In this document: positions 29,325 to 40,430 of the stretch, piece after piece
Layout: each line of letters begins with the position of its first letter
Numbering within the stretch: the stretch's first letter is position 1
Assembly (NCBI GenBank): GCA_963775685.1
Contig: CAVZJV010000014.1
Coordinates: forward strand, 192,001 to 256,000
Source: Candidatus Bathyarchaeota archaeon
GTDB lineage: Archaea > Thermoproteota > Bathyarchaeia > Bathyarchaeales > Bathycorpusculaceae
Direction of reading: 5' to 3'
Length of the DNA stretch: 64,000 bases
Notes under the pieces: model-generated
The model's input: the letters and a program-made list of their open reading frames with translations, nothing else
What the model was told of the DNA's origin: nothing
The model's database searches: none
Program-made: the position numbers and the translations under genes

Positions 29325-29732
29325 TTATGTTGGGGGACGTTTTTGTGTATATTGGTATCGGCGGGGTTTGCCTATTCGGGTTAAGATGTTGTCTTTAACA
29401 AGGTCGACTAGGGCGTGAGCGACTGCGGTGCGGTCGTAGTGGAAGCCCTTGCGTGCGAGTTCAGTGTGGACATCATCTAATGCTCGAGGTTCGCTGAACC
29501 AGTTTTCTTCCCAGAGTTTTTGGATTACTCCTCGGCAGGTTTCGGCACGGGGAAGGGATGCATGGCGGTCTGTGGGTTGGGTGAGGTCGATGGCTTTTGA
29601 GTGTTCGGTGACGGTGGAGAGTATTTGGTTTACGGCGGTTTGGATTTGGTCGGGTTGAGCTTCGATTTCAAATTCTATGTCGCCGATTTTCATTTTTACG
29701 CGTATTGGTGGGCTTTGCGGGTTTTGTGTCAA
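29325..29732 (-). CDS. Hypothetical protein with C-terminal wHTH
   Basis: GGTGA SD + TTG 29732; WFSEPR.L..V..EL...G.HY....V..AL..LV...L.R.G...Y.Y. Confidence 0.7.
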   Translation of the reverse strand: MTQNPQSPPIRVKMKIGDIEFEIEAQPDQIQTAVNQILSTVTEHSKAIDLTQPTDRHASLPRAETCRGVIQKLWEENWFSEPRALDDVHTELARKGFHYDRTAVAHALVDLVKDNILTRIGKPRRYQYTQKRPPT

Positions 29733-29825
29733 CTCTTCACCTATTGTATATTGTATTGTGCAAGATGCACATGCACAATACTTAAATATTTCACCAATAA
29801 AGATATTGAATATTGGTGAATCAAC

Positions 29826-30901
29826 GTGATTGAACAATATACAATTACTAACAAATATAACTTTCCACAACCAACAATCGACTCCATCCTTCCCCAACGC
29901 TTCTTCGAACAAAGCATCAAAACTCTACAACAAATCCAACACCACCCCCTCCAACTAAACCAGCAAATCCAACAACTAACTAACGAACAATACCCACCCA
30001 TCCTCCAACTAAAACCCATCCCAATCACGCTAAAACCAGACCACCAAGAAACCCTAGTCGCCGCAGTGGACACCTCAACAATAAAAATCGGCGAAACCCA
30101 AACTGGCATCATCGTTGCCGTAAGGGGTGCAACAACATGGAAACAAAACGGCTCTTACAAGTACACGCGCCTTGGGCCATTTATTTTTCACATAACTGAG
30201 GAAAACAAAAACCAACTCTGCAGTACACTCGAACACGCATATTTCAGCACAACATACGGTAGCAGTCACCAATCCGCGCCAAACATCATGCAGATGCCCA
30301 CGCGCCTTGCCAGTCTGCTGGAGCGTTGGCTGCAAACTATGCTTGCAAAAACCGATAAACCGTGGCGTCCTGCTCTTCGACGGGTCATCTAACGTGCGGT
30401 ACTCCTGAAACTCCCACTCAGCGCCTCAGAGAAATCCTTGGTTACGCAAGAAGAAATCAAAGCACGGTTCTGGCGTTTTCCAAAGCTACTACTCTTAGGG
30501 CTAATGGTTTGTTGATTACGGAGCAGCTTCCAAACCACGACCCGCCTTACCTGCTTGAAACCACAGGGTTGCATTCTAAGCCGCCTATGATGCTTATGGG
30601 CGATGTTTACGTTGCGAGGCTTAACAAGGCAAACTTGGCGTTCAGACTGGACGTTGACCGGGAAACACCTATTGAGCAGCGGCTGGATGCAATCCAGAAA
30701 CTTTTGGGCAACGACCTCTACACCCAAAGCTACCCTGAAACGTTGCGGCTTTCCCACATCCTTTGCACATTTACCGCCAACGAAGTTTTAGCAATCAAAC
30801 ACTTCATAACTCGAAAACACGGCATCCAAATCGTCAACCGACCCGACATGCACGAAGTCCTCTTCGGCTCCTATGGCTTTAAAGGAGAAAATTACTCATG
30901 A
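29826..30901 (+). CDS. NurA-like nuclease, frameshifted near 30355-30390
   Basis: VAAVDTS, LLFDG (intermediate frame), AFSK, YPETLRLSH. Confidence 0.7.
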
Positions 30902-32360
30902 AACTCTACAGAAAAGAAGGCAATGTGCTTGCAAGTCATCAGCTTCCCAACTGAATGCGCTGAAAAAGGCGACTACCTGCTGGTTGAAGATGCCGATGCA
31001 GCAAAGGCATTAATCGCCCAAGTAATCGATGTGCAATTTGCGGCTGTTCCCGGCGTTCTGGAGGAGCTTTTGCGGACGTTACCTGACGGCGGCGAATCGC
31101 TACAGGGCGAAGACATCGACCCCATGGAAATTGCGCCGCACATCACTTATATCCAAGACGCAAGCCTGCTCATCTGCAAAATCCGTGCTACTTTGGAAAA
31201 CGAAATGCTCAGCCCAAGCAGCAGTTGGCTCCCTTCCCGTTCGCAATCCACCATAAAAAAACTCTCCATACCCATGCTGATGAAACTGGCAAAAGTCGAC
31301 GGCAAATTGCCAATAACTTTAGGGTGGAACCAAAGACTCCTCACTTTTAACCATCGACGCCTCCTCAATCGACGGTACCTTAAACATCATAACGGGCAAG
31401 AAGGGCTGCGGCAAATCCCACCTCTCCAAACTCCTAATGGTTAACCTCGTCGGCTACAAAGCAACCGTCGTCATCTTCGACTTAAACGGCGAATATAGCA
31501 GCCTGGGCATGACCAACGATGGCAAACGCAACATGTACTACGACAAAATCCACACCCTCACTCCCAGCCAAAACTTCAAGGTGGCGCTTGAGCAGCTGCC
31601 ACTGAACACATTGATGGGCATACTTATAAACGCCTTGCATTTGCCGGGAACCTCTGCCCGGGAATTTCAGGCGACTATGGAAGATGCTTAAGGAGCAGGG
31701 AAAGCTGAACATGCAGAATTTGGGTGAGGCAATCCGTGATTTGAATTGTAATCAGCATGTGCGGGATGCGTTGGCTTCAGTTTTCATTCGTTTGCTAATT
31801 CTGGTTTTTTTACAGACTGCATCGGCGAAGCTACACTCTTGGATGAGAGTATCTTTAAAGCCAGAGACACAGGCGGCGCTATTGTGGTGAACCTCAAAAA
31901 TACCAGCAACATCGACCGTCAAATCGTCGTCGAATACGTCCTAGGTAAACTCGTCGATTCCCTCTCCAACTGGAAACTCAAAGCCGCCTTCCTCTTCGCC
32001 GAGGAAGCCCACCTCTATCTGCGCGAGACTTACTGGGATGACATCGTCACCCGGATGCGTCACTACGGCTTATTCACCACATTCATAACAAACCAGCCTG
32101 ACACCATCCAGGAAACAATTTACCGCCAAGCCGACAACATATTTCTCTTCAACTTCACCAACGAACATGACCTTGACGTGGTTTCAAGGGCGGCACGTGT
32201 GGATGCAGAGACAGTTAGGTCAATTGCCCGTGATTTGCCACCCCACCACTGCTTAACTTTAGGCAAAGTGGTCAGGGACTTTCCCATAGTTGCCCGCGTC
32301 AGAGCCTTAGATATCAAAACTCTGGGAGAAACTCGCCTGTTTTTTAAGGATACGAATTAA
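30898..32360 (+). CDS. HerA-like (DUF87) ATPase, multiple frameshifts
   Basis: ATGA overlap with NurA. Walker A ITGKKGCGKSH (manual frame), IFDLNGEY, FAEEAH, RMRHYG, ITNQP. Confidence 0.8.
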
Positions 32361-32788
32361 GTTCTCTAATTTTTTCCTGTTTTGCCTGAAAAAAAGCCTA
32401 AAAGAAGCTGTCAAATTGTAGGTCTCCACTTCTTCAAATGGTACCCAACGCAATTCCTGCGGCGTCGCTCGCCGCTTGGATAATGCCGCTTTTACATGGA
32501 CAAGGTAGTCGATGATGACGTAGTGGTATTTGACTTTGCCCTGCTCATCGAGGTCAACGTTGCCGACAACATCGATTAGCTTTGGGTTTTCCACGTCCAA
32601 GCAGGTTTCCTCTTTGGCTTCCCGGATAACGGTTGCCTCCACGCTTTCGCCCAGTTCAACCAAGCCGCCGGGGATGGTCCATTTGCCCTTGCTGGGTTCA
32701 TTACCGCGCTTAATCAGGGCAATTTGCAGTCGTGTACGATTACGACTCCTATGCCTACGATTGGTTGGTCAGGATACATTCTCTTCAT
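32307..32788 (-). CDS. NUDIX hydrolase, frameshifted
   Basis: YPDQPIVGIG start; PGGLVELGE...REAKEET Nudix box. Confidence 0.85.
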
Positions 32789-32880
32789 GCGGAAACATCT
32801 CTGAGAAATTAATGATTTCGTATCTTAAAACTTGTATGGAACAAAGAAAAATAAAAAAAAAGAAAATCGGTTGATTGCGC

Positions 32881-34224
32881 TTACTCGTATCTTAGCGCTT
32901 CAACCGGCTTAAGCTTTGATGCACGCCAAGCTGGGTAGAGGGCAAAGATTACGCTGACTCCAACTCCGAACGCCAACGCGCCTATCAATACTTCAGGAGT
33001 CAGTAATGGAATTATGGTGAATCCACCTCCTCCTCCAAATGCTCCTGAACCCAAGATGCTAGCAGTAATGTTTGCTAAGATCCAACCTGAGACTATGCCG
33101 ATGACCGCGCCTAACAAGCCAATTATTATTGATTCGCCGAGGAATATGGTCAGGACTGTTCTGCTTTTCATTCCTAATGCTTTGAGTATGCCGATTTCGC
33201 GTGTGCGCTCGATTAAGGAAACTATCATGATGTTCATTATTCCTATGCCTGCAACTAATAGTGAGATTGCTGCGATTCCTCCCAAGAATAGCTGAAGGAT
33301 GCTGAAGATGTTTGTGAGTAAGCTGAGCACTGCGGTTGCGGATATGACGGATACTTGGTTGCTGAAGTGGTCAGTTATGGCTTTGGAAACGTTGGTTATG
33401 GTTGAGTTGTCACTGTTTTTGAGTTGAACAATTATCATATCACACTGGGCTGTCCCAAAAAAGCTCTCTGCTTTGTCAATCGGAATGTAAACGCCCGTAT
33501 CAGATGGTCCGCCGATGCCGAAGCCACCGATTTTTCCAAGCACACCTGTGACGTCTGCAGTGTAAGTTTCGTTGACTGGTGGTAGGACTGTTGCGTTTGT
33601 CCAGGTCACATTGATTGTGTTGCCAGAGTCAAAGTAGATTGTTCCGTTTTGTCCAGGCTGGTTTACTCGTGTGCCCACTACTGCTTGGTTTTCAGATGGG
33701 CTGGTTGGGATTGTTCCGCTTGTAGCAACAAATGTTGTGCTGTAGAGCTGGGCGTACTGGTTGAAGTCGACACCGTAGATGGTGACCGTGCGGTTAAGAT
33801 TTTCTGTTTGAACGTACCCAGTTCGGCTTATTATGGCCATTGAGCTAACAATATCTGTTGATAAAGCTTCGATTTCATTTGTGTAGTTTACGTAGAGCTT
33901 GAAGCCTGAGTTGTCGTTTGCTCCTCCGCTGAAACCTCCGCTATCTGTGCCTCCACCAAAGCCTCCTCCCGCACCTGATCCGCCGCCGGAGCCTTGGCCC
34001 CCCCCGCTTAAAAAGCCGCCACTGCCAGGTGTCACAATCAGGGTATCAGCCGATAAACCTTGGTTGAGTTGATGGGTTAAGGTTGCCTGTAAACCCTGCG
34101 TTATCGATAACAGTGCTACTATGGCGGCTATGCCTATTACAACTCCAAGTGTGGTTAGGGCTGCTCTGAGTTTGCGGAGTTTAATAGCGCTAAAGGAGTA
34201 ACCGAAAATGTCGATTGTTTTCAT
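32881..34224 (-). CDS. MacB/FtsX-like ABC permease
   Basis: LTTLGVVIGIAA; GIMNIM..S..ERTREIGILKALG; PAWRASKL.PVEALRYE. Confidence 0.95.
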   Translation of the reverse strand: MKTIDIFGYSFSAIKLRKLRAALTTLGVVIGIAAIVALLSITQGLQATLTHQLNQGLSADTLIVTPGSGGFLSGGGQGSGGGSGAGGGFGGGTDSGGFSGGANDNSGFKLYVNYTNEIEALSTDIVSSMAIISRTGYVQTENLNRTVTIYGVDFNQYAQLYSTTFVATSGTIPTSPSENQAVVGTRVNQPGQNGTIYFDSGNTINVTWTNATVLPPVNETYTADVTGVLGKIGGFGIGGPSDTGVYIPIDKAESFFGTAQCDMIIVQLKNSDNSTITNVSKAITDHFSNQVSVISATAVLSLLTNIFSILQLFLGGIAAISLLVAGIGIMNIMIVSLIERTREIGILKALGMKSRTVLTIFLGESIIIGLLGAVIGIVSGWILANITASILGSGAFGGGGGFTIIPLLTPEVLIGALAFGVGVSVIFALYPAWRASKLKPVEALRYE

Positions 34225-34225
34225 G

Positions 34226-34921
34226 TTAGTTTTCCACCTGAGTTGTGATTAGGCCATCAAACATTTGCACGGTGCGTTTTGCTTCATGAGCCAATTTCTG
34301 GTCATGAGTAACCATGATAATGCTGACTTTATTATCTACGTTTAATTTTTTAATTAACTCCAAAACTTCGCTTGCCGTTTTAGAGTCGACGTTGCCGGTC
34401 GGTTCATCCAGCAAAAGAAACTTGGGGCTGTTTGCCAAAGCACGTGCAATAGCGACACGTTGTTGTTGTCCTCCGCTTAATTCGGCAGGCTTATGGTTGA
34501 TTCTGTCTTTTAAGCCCACAGTTTCAAGAAGGTCGGTAGCTCGTTTTCTTCTCTCTCCTTTACTCGTGTTGGCAATAGACATGGCTAATTCAACATTGTC
34601 CCTTGCGGTTAATCTTGGAATTAAGTTGAAGAATTGGAAGACGAAACCTATTTTAAGCCTGATTTCGGCGAGTTCGTTGTCGTTTAGTTCAGAGATGTCT
34701 ACGCCATCGATTAGGAGTGTGCCAGCAGTTGGCTTATCTAGGGCACCGATGAGATTAAGCATAGTTGATTTGCCGCTTCCTGACGGTCCAAGGATGGATA
34801 CGAAATCTCCTCCCTCAACTTTGAGGTTTACACCCCGGAGAGCTTCAACTGGGACTTTACCCAGCATATAAGTCTTTTTAACATCAATCGCTTCTATAAC
34901 AGGTATATTTTTTGTTGACAT
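34226..34921 (-). CDS. LolD/MacB-type ABC ATPase
   Basis: GPSGSGKST, LSGGQQQR, DEPTGN. Confidence 0.95.
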   Translation of the reverse strand: MSTKNIPVIEAIDVKKTYMLGKVPVEALRGVNLKVEGGDFVSILGPSGSGKSTMLNLIGALDKPTAGTLLIDGVDISELNDNELAEIRLKIGFVFQFFNLIPRLTARDNVELAMSIANTSKGERRKRATDLLETVGLKDRINHKPAELSGGQQQRVAIARALANSPKFLLLDEPTGNVDSKTASEVLELIKKLNVDNKVSIIMVTHDQKLAHEAKRTVQMFDGLITTQVEN

Positions 34922-34980
34922 TCTTTTCTCGCGCTTCTATTGCATTTGATTTTTACCTTTATTTAAAGACTAGTTAAATC

Positions 34981-35580
34981 TTAAAAAAGAAAAAATATTA
35001 AGCTGATTGATTTTTGTCTTATTTGTTTTGGTATCTCCATGACAATCCAACACAGATTGCTGTGACGATGACTGCAAAGGTTCCCCTCGAAAGCAAAGTC
35101 AAGAGTTAGTGGTCCAAAACCGTCGCTAAAAACAATAAGTCTTCTTACCGCGTCGATTGTGTAGAAAATTGGGTTTATACTTGCAATCGCTTGTAACCAG
35201 CTGGGCATTTGGGCGATGGGGAAGTATGCGCTGCTTGCAAACATTAGTGGTAGTGTTATGAGTTGGAAGATTGCTTGAGGCATTTCCATTCTTGTTGCTC
35301 TAAGTGTGAGGGCGGTGAAGAACGATGACTATACCGATGCTGATTAGAAATACAATTGCGAATGCGCCGAATATGCTAAGCGCGCTAAAGTTGCTTCCAG
35401 TGATAAGTCCCAATGCGAACGCGATTAGGGCAACGATTGCTGATCGGAAGATTACGCGGATGCTGGGAGCTAAGACCTTGGAGAGAATTATGGGTGATCT
35501 TGCTACTTGGGTGCTTAGGACCTTGTTCAATAAGCTCTACAAGGAAGTTATAGAAAAAATCCCGCCAGATCGTATCGTGC
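34981..35580 (-). pseudogene. Fragmented, 5'-truncated ABC-2 permease
   Basis: LPLMFASSAYFP..MP.WLQ..A.INP spread over several frames. Confidence 0.7.
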
Positions 35581-35636
35581 AAAAATGTAAGTTTAAATCT
35601 ACACCCAATTAATATTCAATTATGGAGCATCATTAA

Positions 35637-36443
35637 TTGTCTTACGTCTTCAATATACCCTATCGTAGCAACCTAAGACTTAAAGCTGTAATGGAAAGAG
35701 TTAAAGACGACAAAAAACTCAAAACCTATTGGTGGTGCGCAAATGTTATGGCGATTGAGCGCATGGGATACACTGACCATGGACCAACCCATGTGAAAAT
35801 TGTAGCCAACCTCGGTCTTAAGCTTCTTCGGATTCTAACGGAAAAGAAACTCATCACTCCCAGCATAGTAGAAAATTACAATATGAAAAACGAGGATGCT
35901 GAAGTGGTTGTTGTGTTGGGCTCAATTTTTCACGATTTGGGAATGATTGTGCAGCGGAATAACCATGAAAAATACAGTGCCTTCTTGGCCATGGAGTTCT
36001 TCGAAAAGTTCCTGACCCCAACCTACACTGAGGAAGAAAAAGCAATAATCACATCTGAGGTCCTCCACGCCATCGTAACCCACGAAGAATCGCCCAACAA
36101 TCAGCCAACAAACAGGATTTTAACCAAAGAAGCAGGAATCGTAGGAATCGCTGACGCTTTAGATATGGAATCTGGAAGGGCCAGGATTCCCTTTCAATCA
36201 GGAAAAGTAGATATTCACGCGGTTTCCGCCCTGTCTATAGAAAAAGTAGACATAGAGTTAGCAGAAAAAGGAGTAAAACCAATCAACATTAAAATCAAAA
36301 TGTCCAATTCCGCTGGGGTTTTCCAAATCGATGAGCTCCTAAAACCAAGAATTGTTAACTCAGGGCTCGAACAATTTTTCCATGTTATCGCAGAAATAAC
36401 AGGCGAAAAGGAAACGAGAATTATAGAAAAATTCGAAATCTAA
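35637..36443 (+). CDS. HD-domain phosphohydrolase (COG3294-like)
   Basis: DHGPTH, FHDLG, ADALDM..GRARIP. Confidence 0.9.
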   Translation: MSYVFNIPYRSNLRLKAVMERVKDDKKLKTYWWCANVMAIERMGYTDHGPTHVKIVANLGLKLLRILTEKKLITPSIVENYNMKNEDAEVVVVLGSIFHDLGMIVQRNNHEKYSAFLAMEFFEKFLTPTYTEEEKAIITSEVLHAIVTHEESPNNQPTNRILTKEAGIVGIADALDMESGRARIPFQSGKVDIHAVSALSIEKVDIELAEKGVKPINIKIKMSNSAGVFQIDELLKPRIVNSGLEQFFHVIAEITGEKETRIIEKFEI

Positions 36444-36465
36444 CACCTCATTTTGGAGAAAAAAC

Positions 36466-38190
36466 ATGATTCATCAATACGATGTTGTTGTCATCGGAGG
36501 CGGAATCGCAGGATTATATGCCGCCCTAACTGCTCAAGAAAATTCCAAAGTCGCAGTAGTAAGCAAGGTACATGTTACTCGTTCCCATTCGGTTGCTGCA
36601 CAAGGCGGAATCGCGGCAAGCCTTGGAAACGAGGAGGAAGACCATTGGGAATGGCACATGTATGATACAATCAAAGGCAGTGATTTTCTCGCCGATCAGA
36701 ATACAGTGGAGATTTTAGCAAAGTCAGCCCCAACGGCTATCTGGACGCTCGAGCACATGGGAGTTCCCTTTAGCCGAAACAAAGAAGGCAATATTGACCA
36801 ACGCCGATTCGGAGGACACACCAAAAAATTCGGCGAAGCACCGGTCAAACGTGCATGCTACGTTTCAGACCGCACAGGAAGAGCAATAATGGATACCCTC
36901 TACGACAGCTGCATCCAAAAAGGCGTAATCTTCTACAATGAAATATTCATTCAGCATCTGCTTTTTGAATTAAACAACTGTTGTGGAGCTGCAGGGTACG
37001 ACGTGGCAACTACGCAGCCTCATGTTTTTCATGCTAAAGCGTTAGTGCTCGCCACAGGAGGAAGCGGAAAAATCTACAAAACCACGAGCAACGGCTTTGC
37101 ATCAACGGGCGATGGCTTCGCATTAGCGCTCGAGGCAGTTTTGCCGCTTGAGGACATGGAGTTTGTGCAGTTTCACCCAACAGGCATCTATGGATTGGGG
37201 ATTCTCATAAGTGAAGCGGCAAGAGCAGAAGGCGGCGTTTTAAGGAACGGTCTTGGTGAACCTTTCATGGAGCGGTATGCGCCCACGCTCAAGGATTTAG
37301 CGCCTAGAGACATAGTTTCACGTGCAATCCTTAGTGAAATAAGCGAGGGCAAAGGTATAGAAGGCAAAGACTACGTTTACCTGGATTTGACAAGCATCGG
37401 TAAAGAAAGTCTAAACCAGAAGCTACCAGAAATAACATCTTTCGTTAAAACCTACTTGGGAATTGACCCAAGCCAAACGCCAATTCCTGTTGCACCAACC
37501 TGCCATTATACGATGGGCGGAATCCCAACTGATGTTGACGGACATGTATTGGCAGACAAAGTTGGGACAATTCTGCCAGGTTTGTATGCGGTTGGAGAAT
37601 CTGCATGCGTGAGCGTTCATGGAGCAAACCGTTTAGGTTGCAACTCACTGATTGACTTGGTTGTTTTCGGGCACAGAACGGGTTTAAGTATTCTAAAAGA
37701 GATTAAAGCAAAAATCATTCATCCGCTTCCTTTACAAGCCGAAAATATCGTAATAGATAAAATAAGCAGTTTACTAGAATCTGAAGGCAACGAATGTGTT
37801 GCAGTCTTGCGGGAAACATTGCAGTGCTTGATGACAGAGCAATGCAGTGTCTTTAGGAACGGGCAAACCCTTAAGAATGCGCTTGTGCAAATTCGCCACT
37901 TAAAAAAACGTTACATTAACATTAACGTAGCTAACAAGTCCAAAGTCTTCAACTATGAGTTGCAAGAAGCCTTAGAGTTAAGTAACATGCTTAGGGTTGC
38001 TGAGGTTATTGTTTATTCAGCGCTTCTGCGCACTGAAAGCCGGGGAGCCCATTTCCGAAGCGATTACCCAGAACGAAACGACGAAGAATGGCTCAAACAC
38101 ACTTTCGTTAACCAAACCCCAACCAGCCTGCAAGAAAACTTCAAACCTTTGCTACCGGGCAGGTTTGAGCCCCAATTGCGGAGGTATTAA
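36466..38190 (+). CDS. sdhA: Succinate dehydrogenase/fumarate reductase flavoprotein
   Basis: GGGIAG, RSHSVAAQGGI (covalent-FAD His), QFHPTG, HGANRLG. Confidence 0.93.
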   Translation: MIHQYDVVVIGGGIAGLYAALTAQENSKVAVVSKVHVTRSHSVAAQGGIAASLGNEEEDHWEWHMYDTIKGSDFLADQNTVEILAKSAPTAIWTLEHMGVPFSRNKEGNIDQRRFGGHTKKFGEAPVKRACYVSDRTGRAIMDTLYDSCIQKGVIFYNEIFIQHLLFELNNCCGAAGYDVATTQPHVFHAKALVLATGGSGKIYKTTSNGFASTGDGFALALEAVLPLEDMEFVQFHPTGIYGLGILISEAARAEGGVLRNGLGEPFMERYAPTLKDLAPRDIVSRAILSEISEGKGIEGKDYVYLDLTSIGKESLNQKLPEITSFVKTYLGIDPSQTPIPVAPTCHYTMGGIPTDVDGHVLADKVGTILPGLYAVGESACVSVHGANRLGCNSLIDLVVFGHRTGLSILKEIKAKIIHPLPLQAENIVIDKISSLLESEGNECVAVLRETLQCLMTEQCSVFRNGQTLKNALVQIRHLKKRYININVANKSKVFNYELQEALELSNMLRVAEVIVYSALLRTESRGAHFRSDYPERNDEEWLKHTFVNQTPTSLQENFKPLLPGRFEPQLRRY

Positions 38191-38191
38191 A

Positions 38192-38914
38192 CTGAAAGTT
38201 ACCTTCAAAATTTACCGCTTTAGCCCGGAAACCGATGTTGGGCCTCACTACGACATCTTTAACATAGACGCAAAGCCAAATGAACGAATACTCGACTGCC
38301 TAAACCGAATCCGTTGGAAACAAGACAGTACACTTTCTTTTCGTATGTCGTGTGCTCATGGAATCTGCGGTTCAGACGGATTAACAATCAACAACCAATC
38401 CGCTTTGGCTTGTCAAAAACTAGTCAAAGACTATGACTTTTCCAAAGAAATTCTTGTTGAACCGCTAAGGTACTTTGAGGTTATTAAAGACTTGATTGTT
38501 GATTTAAAGCCTTTTTTTGAAAGAATCAAATCAATCACACCTCAGTTAGAACAAGAAAACATACTTGATGCACTTGAAAAGGAGCGAAACCAAAGCTTTG
38601 AGGAACGCAGCCGATTCGACGATGCCCTTAAATGCATTTTATGCGGTTGCTGCTATGGCGCTTGTCCAGTTATGACTGAACAGGATCACGAATTTGTAGG
38701 TCCAGCAGCAATCCTTAGGGCACAACGCTACATTTTTGATTCAAGAATAACTGATGCGAATAAACGTTTGCAAATCATTCAGAAGCCTCATGGAGTTTGG
38801 GGCTGCAAAAGCTACTATGTGTGCACGATAGTTTGTCCAAAGCACATTAAAGTCACAGAAGCCATACTTAAAACTAAAAAGAAAATAATCCAAGAAAAAC
38901 CCAAAACCCAATAG
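38192..38914 (+). CDS. sdhB: Succinate dehydrogenase/fumarate reductase Fe-S subunit (probable CTG start)
   Basis: SCAHGICGSD, CILCGCCYGACP, CxxxxxCxxxCP; GGAGGT 6 nt before CTG 38192. Confidence 0.9.
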   Translation: MKVTFKIYRFSPETDVGPHYDIFNIDAKPNERILDCLNRIRWKQDSTLSFRMSCAHGICGSDGLTINNQSALACQKLVKDYDFSKEILVEPLRYFEVIKDLIVDLKPFFERIKSITPQLEQENILDALEKERNQSFEERSRFDDALKCILCGCCYGACPVMTEQDHEFVGPAAILRAQRYIFDSRITDANKRLQIIQKPHGVWGCKSYYVCTIVCPKHIKVTEAILKTKKKIIQEKPKTQ

Positions 38915-38931
38915 ACAGGAGAACAAATCGC

Positions 38932-40317
38932 ATGGAAACCAGAAGAGAAATCGACCCCTTAGGCGAAAAAGCAATTCCCAAAAACGCGTATTTTGGCATA
39001 CAAACCTTCAGGGCGACTGAGAATTTCCCTGTCAGCGGGATAAAAGAGCCAGAAGTGTTCATCAAGGCTTATGTTCTAATAAAAAAAGCCGCTGCCACCG
39101 CTAATATGCAAGTCGGTTGGCTGGATAAAAAAACTGGAATGGCAATCATCGAAGCATGTGATGAGGTTCTCGCCGGTAAGCTTCTGGACCAATTTGTAGT
39201 TGATGTTTTCCAAGCTGGCGCAGGAACATCGTTTAACATGAATGTTAACGAGGTTTTAGCTAACAAGGCATTGGAAATTCTTGGAAAACCGAAGGGTGAT
39301 TACAAGAATGTTGGTCCAAATGACCATGTTAATATGGGGCAATCCACAAACGATACATTTCCCACGGCTCTTCATGTTTCAGTTTTGATGGCGTTGAAGC
39401 CTTTGCTTGTTGCTTTGGATGGCTTGGCAAAGGCTTTTAAGGATATAGGCAAACAGACTGCCCACGTTCTAAAATCAGGCAGAACTCATCTTCAAGATGC
39501 TGTTCCAGTAACCATTGGGCAAGAGTTTAGCGCTTATGGTTCAGCAGTTGCTAACGCTTGTAACGAGTTGCACAAGCGGCAAGAAAACTTATATGCGGTT
39601 GCTTTAGGTGGAACAGCCACGGGAACAGGGGCTAACACGCATCCAGACTACAAGCGAATCGCCATCTATGAGTTGGCAAAGTTAGCGGGCTTCCCCCTTA
39701 AACCAGCAAAGAACAACTTTGAGGCACTCCAAAGTCACAGGGCAACGCAAACGGTTTCTAGCGGGCTAAAAGAGCTGGCGCTGGAGCTTATTCGCATAGC
39801 AAATGACTTGCGGCTTCTTTCTTCTGGTCCGACAACTGGGCTTAACGAGATTACTTTGCCACCTGTGCAGCCTGGTTCATCGATTATGCCTGGGAAGGTG
39901 AATCCTGTAATGGCAGAGTGTCTTGACATGGTGTCGTTTCAAGTGGTTGCTAACGATGCAGCTGTGGCGTTGGCTGTTCAGGCTGGACAACTTGAGCTTA
40001 ATGTTATGACACCAGCGATTGCATACAACATATTGTTCAGCATTCAAATCTTGAGCAACTACCTCCCATCCTTCACAGATAAATGTGTCAAAGGCATAAC
40101 CGTTGATGAGAAACGCTGTGAGCAATATCTGGAAAAGAACCCGTCGTTGGCTACATTGTTGGCGCCTAAAATCGGTTACTTAGAAGCTGCAAAAATCGCA
40201 AAGCAAGCCCAAGCTGAGAACAGAACAGTAAAAGAAGTCGCTCTTGAAAAAGAACTGCTAAAACCTGAGGAACTGGAAAAGATTTTTAGTCGCAAGAACC
40301 TACTAAACGAGCTATAA
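38932..40317 (+). CDS. aspA: Aspartate ammonia-lyase / class II fumarase family
   Basis: GRTHLQDA, GSSIMPGKVNP, FQAGAGTS. Confidence 0.8.
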   Translation: METRREIDPLGEKAIPKNAYFGIQTFRATENFPVSGIKEPEVFIKAYVLIKKAAATANMQVGWLDKKTGMAIIEACDEVLAGKLLDQFVVDVFQAGAGTSFNMNVNEVLANKALEILGKPKGDYKNVGPNDHVNMGQSTNDTFPTALHVSVLMALKPLLVALDGLAKAFKDIGKQTAHVLKSGRTHLQDAVPVTIGQEFSAYGSAVANACNELHKRQENLYAVALGGTATGTGANTHPDYKRIAIYELAKLAGFPLKPAKNNFEALQSHRATQTVSSGLKELALELIRIANDLRLLSSGPTTGLNEITLPPVQPGSSIMPGKVNPVMAECLDMVSFQVVANDAAVALAVQAGQLELNVMTPAIAYNILFSIQILSNYLPSFTDKCVKGITVDEKRCEQYLEKNPSLATLLAPKIGYLEAAKIAKQAQAENRTVKEVALEKELLKPEELEKIFSRKNLLNEL

Positions 40318-40430
40318 CATAGCCTAGACTTAGTCGTGAATTTTTTCCATATATCCTCATTAATGGTGGAGACCGCGCTTGAGAGGACCGTTGCTGTGGG
40401 CGATCTCCCTTGCTTGATTAAAGCAGATTG

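Noticed and set aside
33915-34030. CCx-rich tract
   Set aside because: Encodes a Gly-rich loop of the MacB-like permease on the minus strand.
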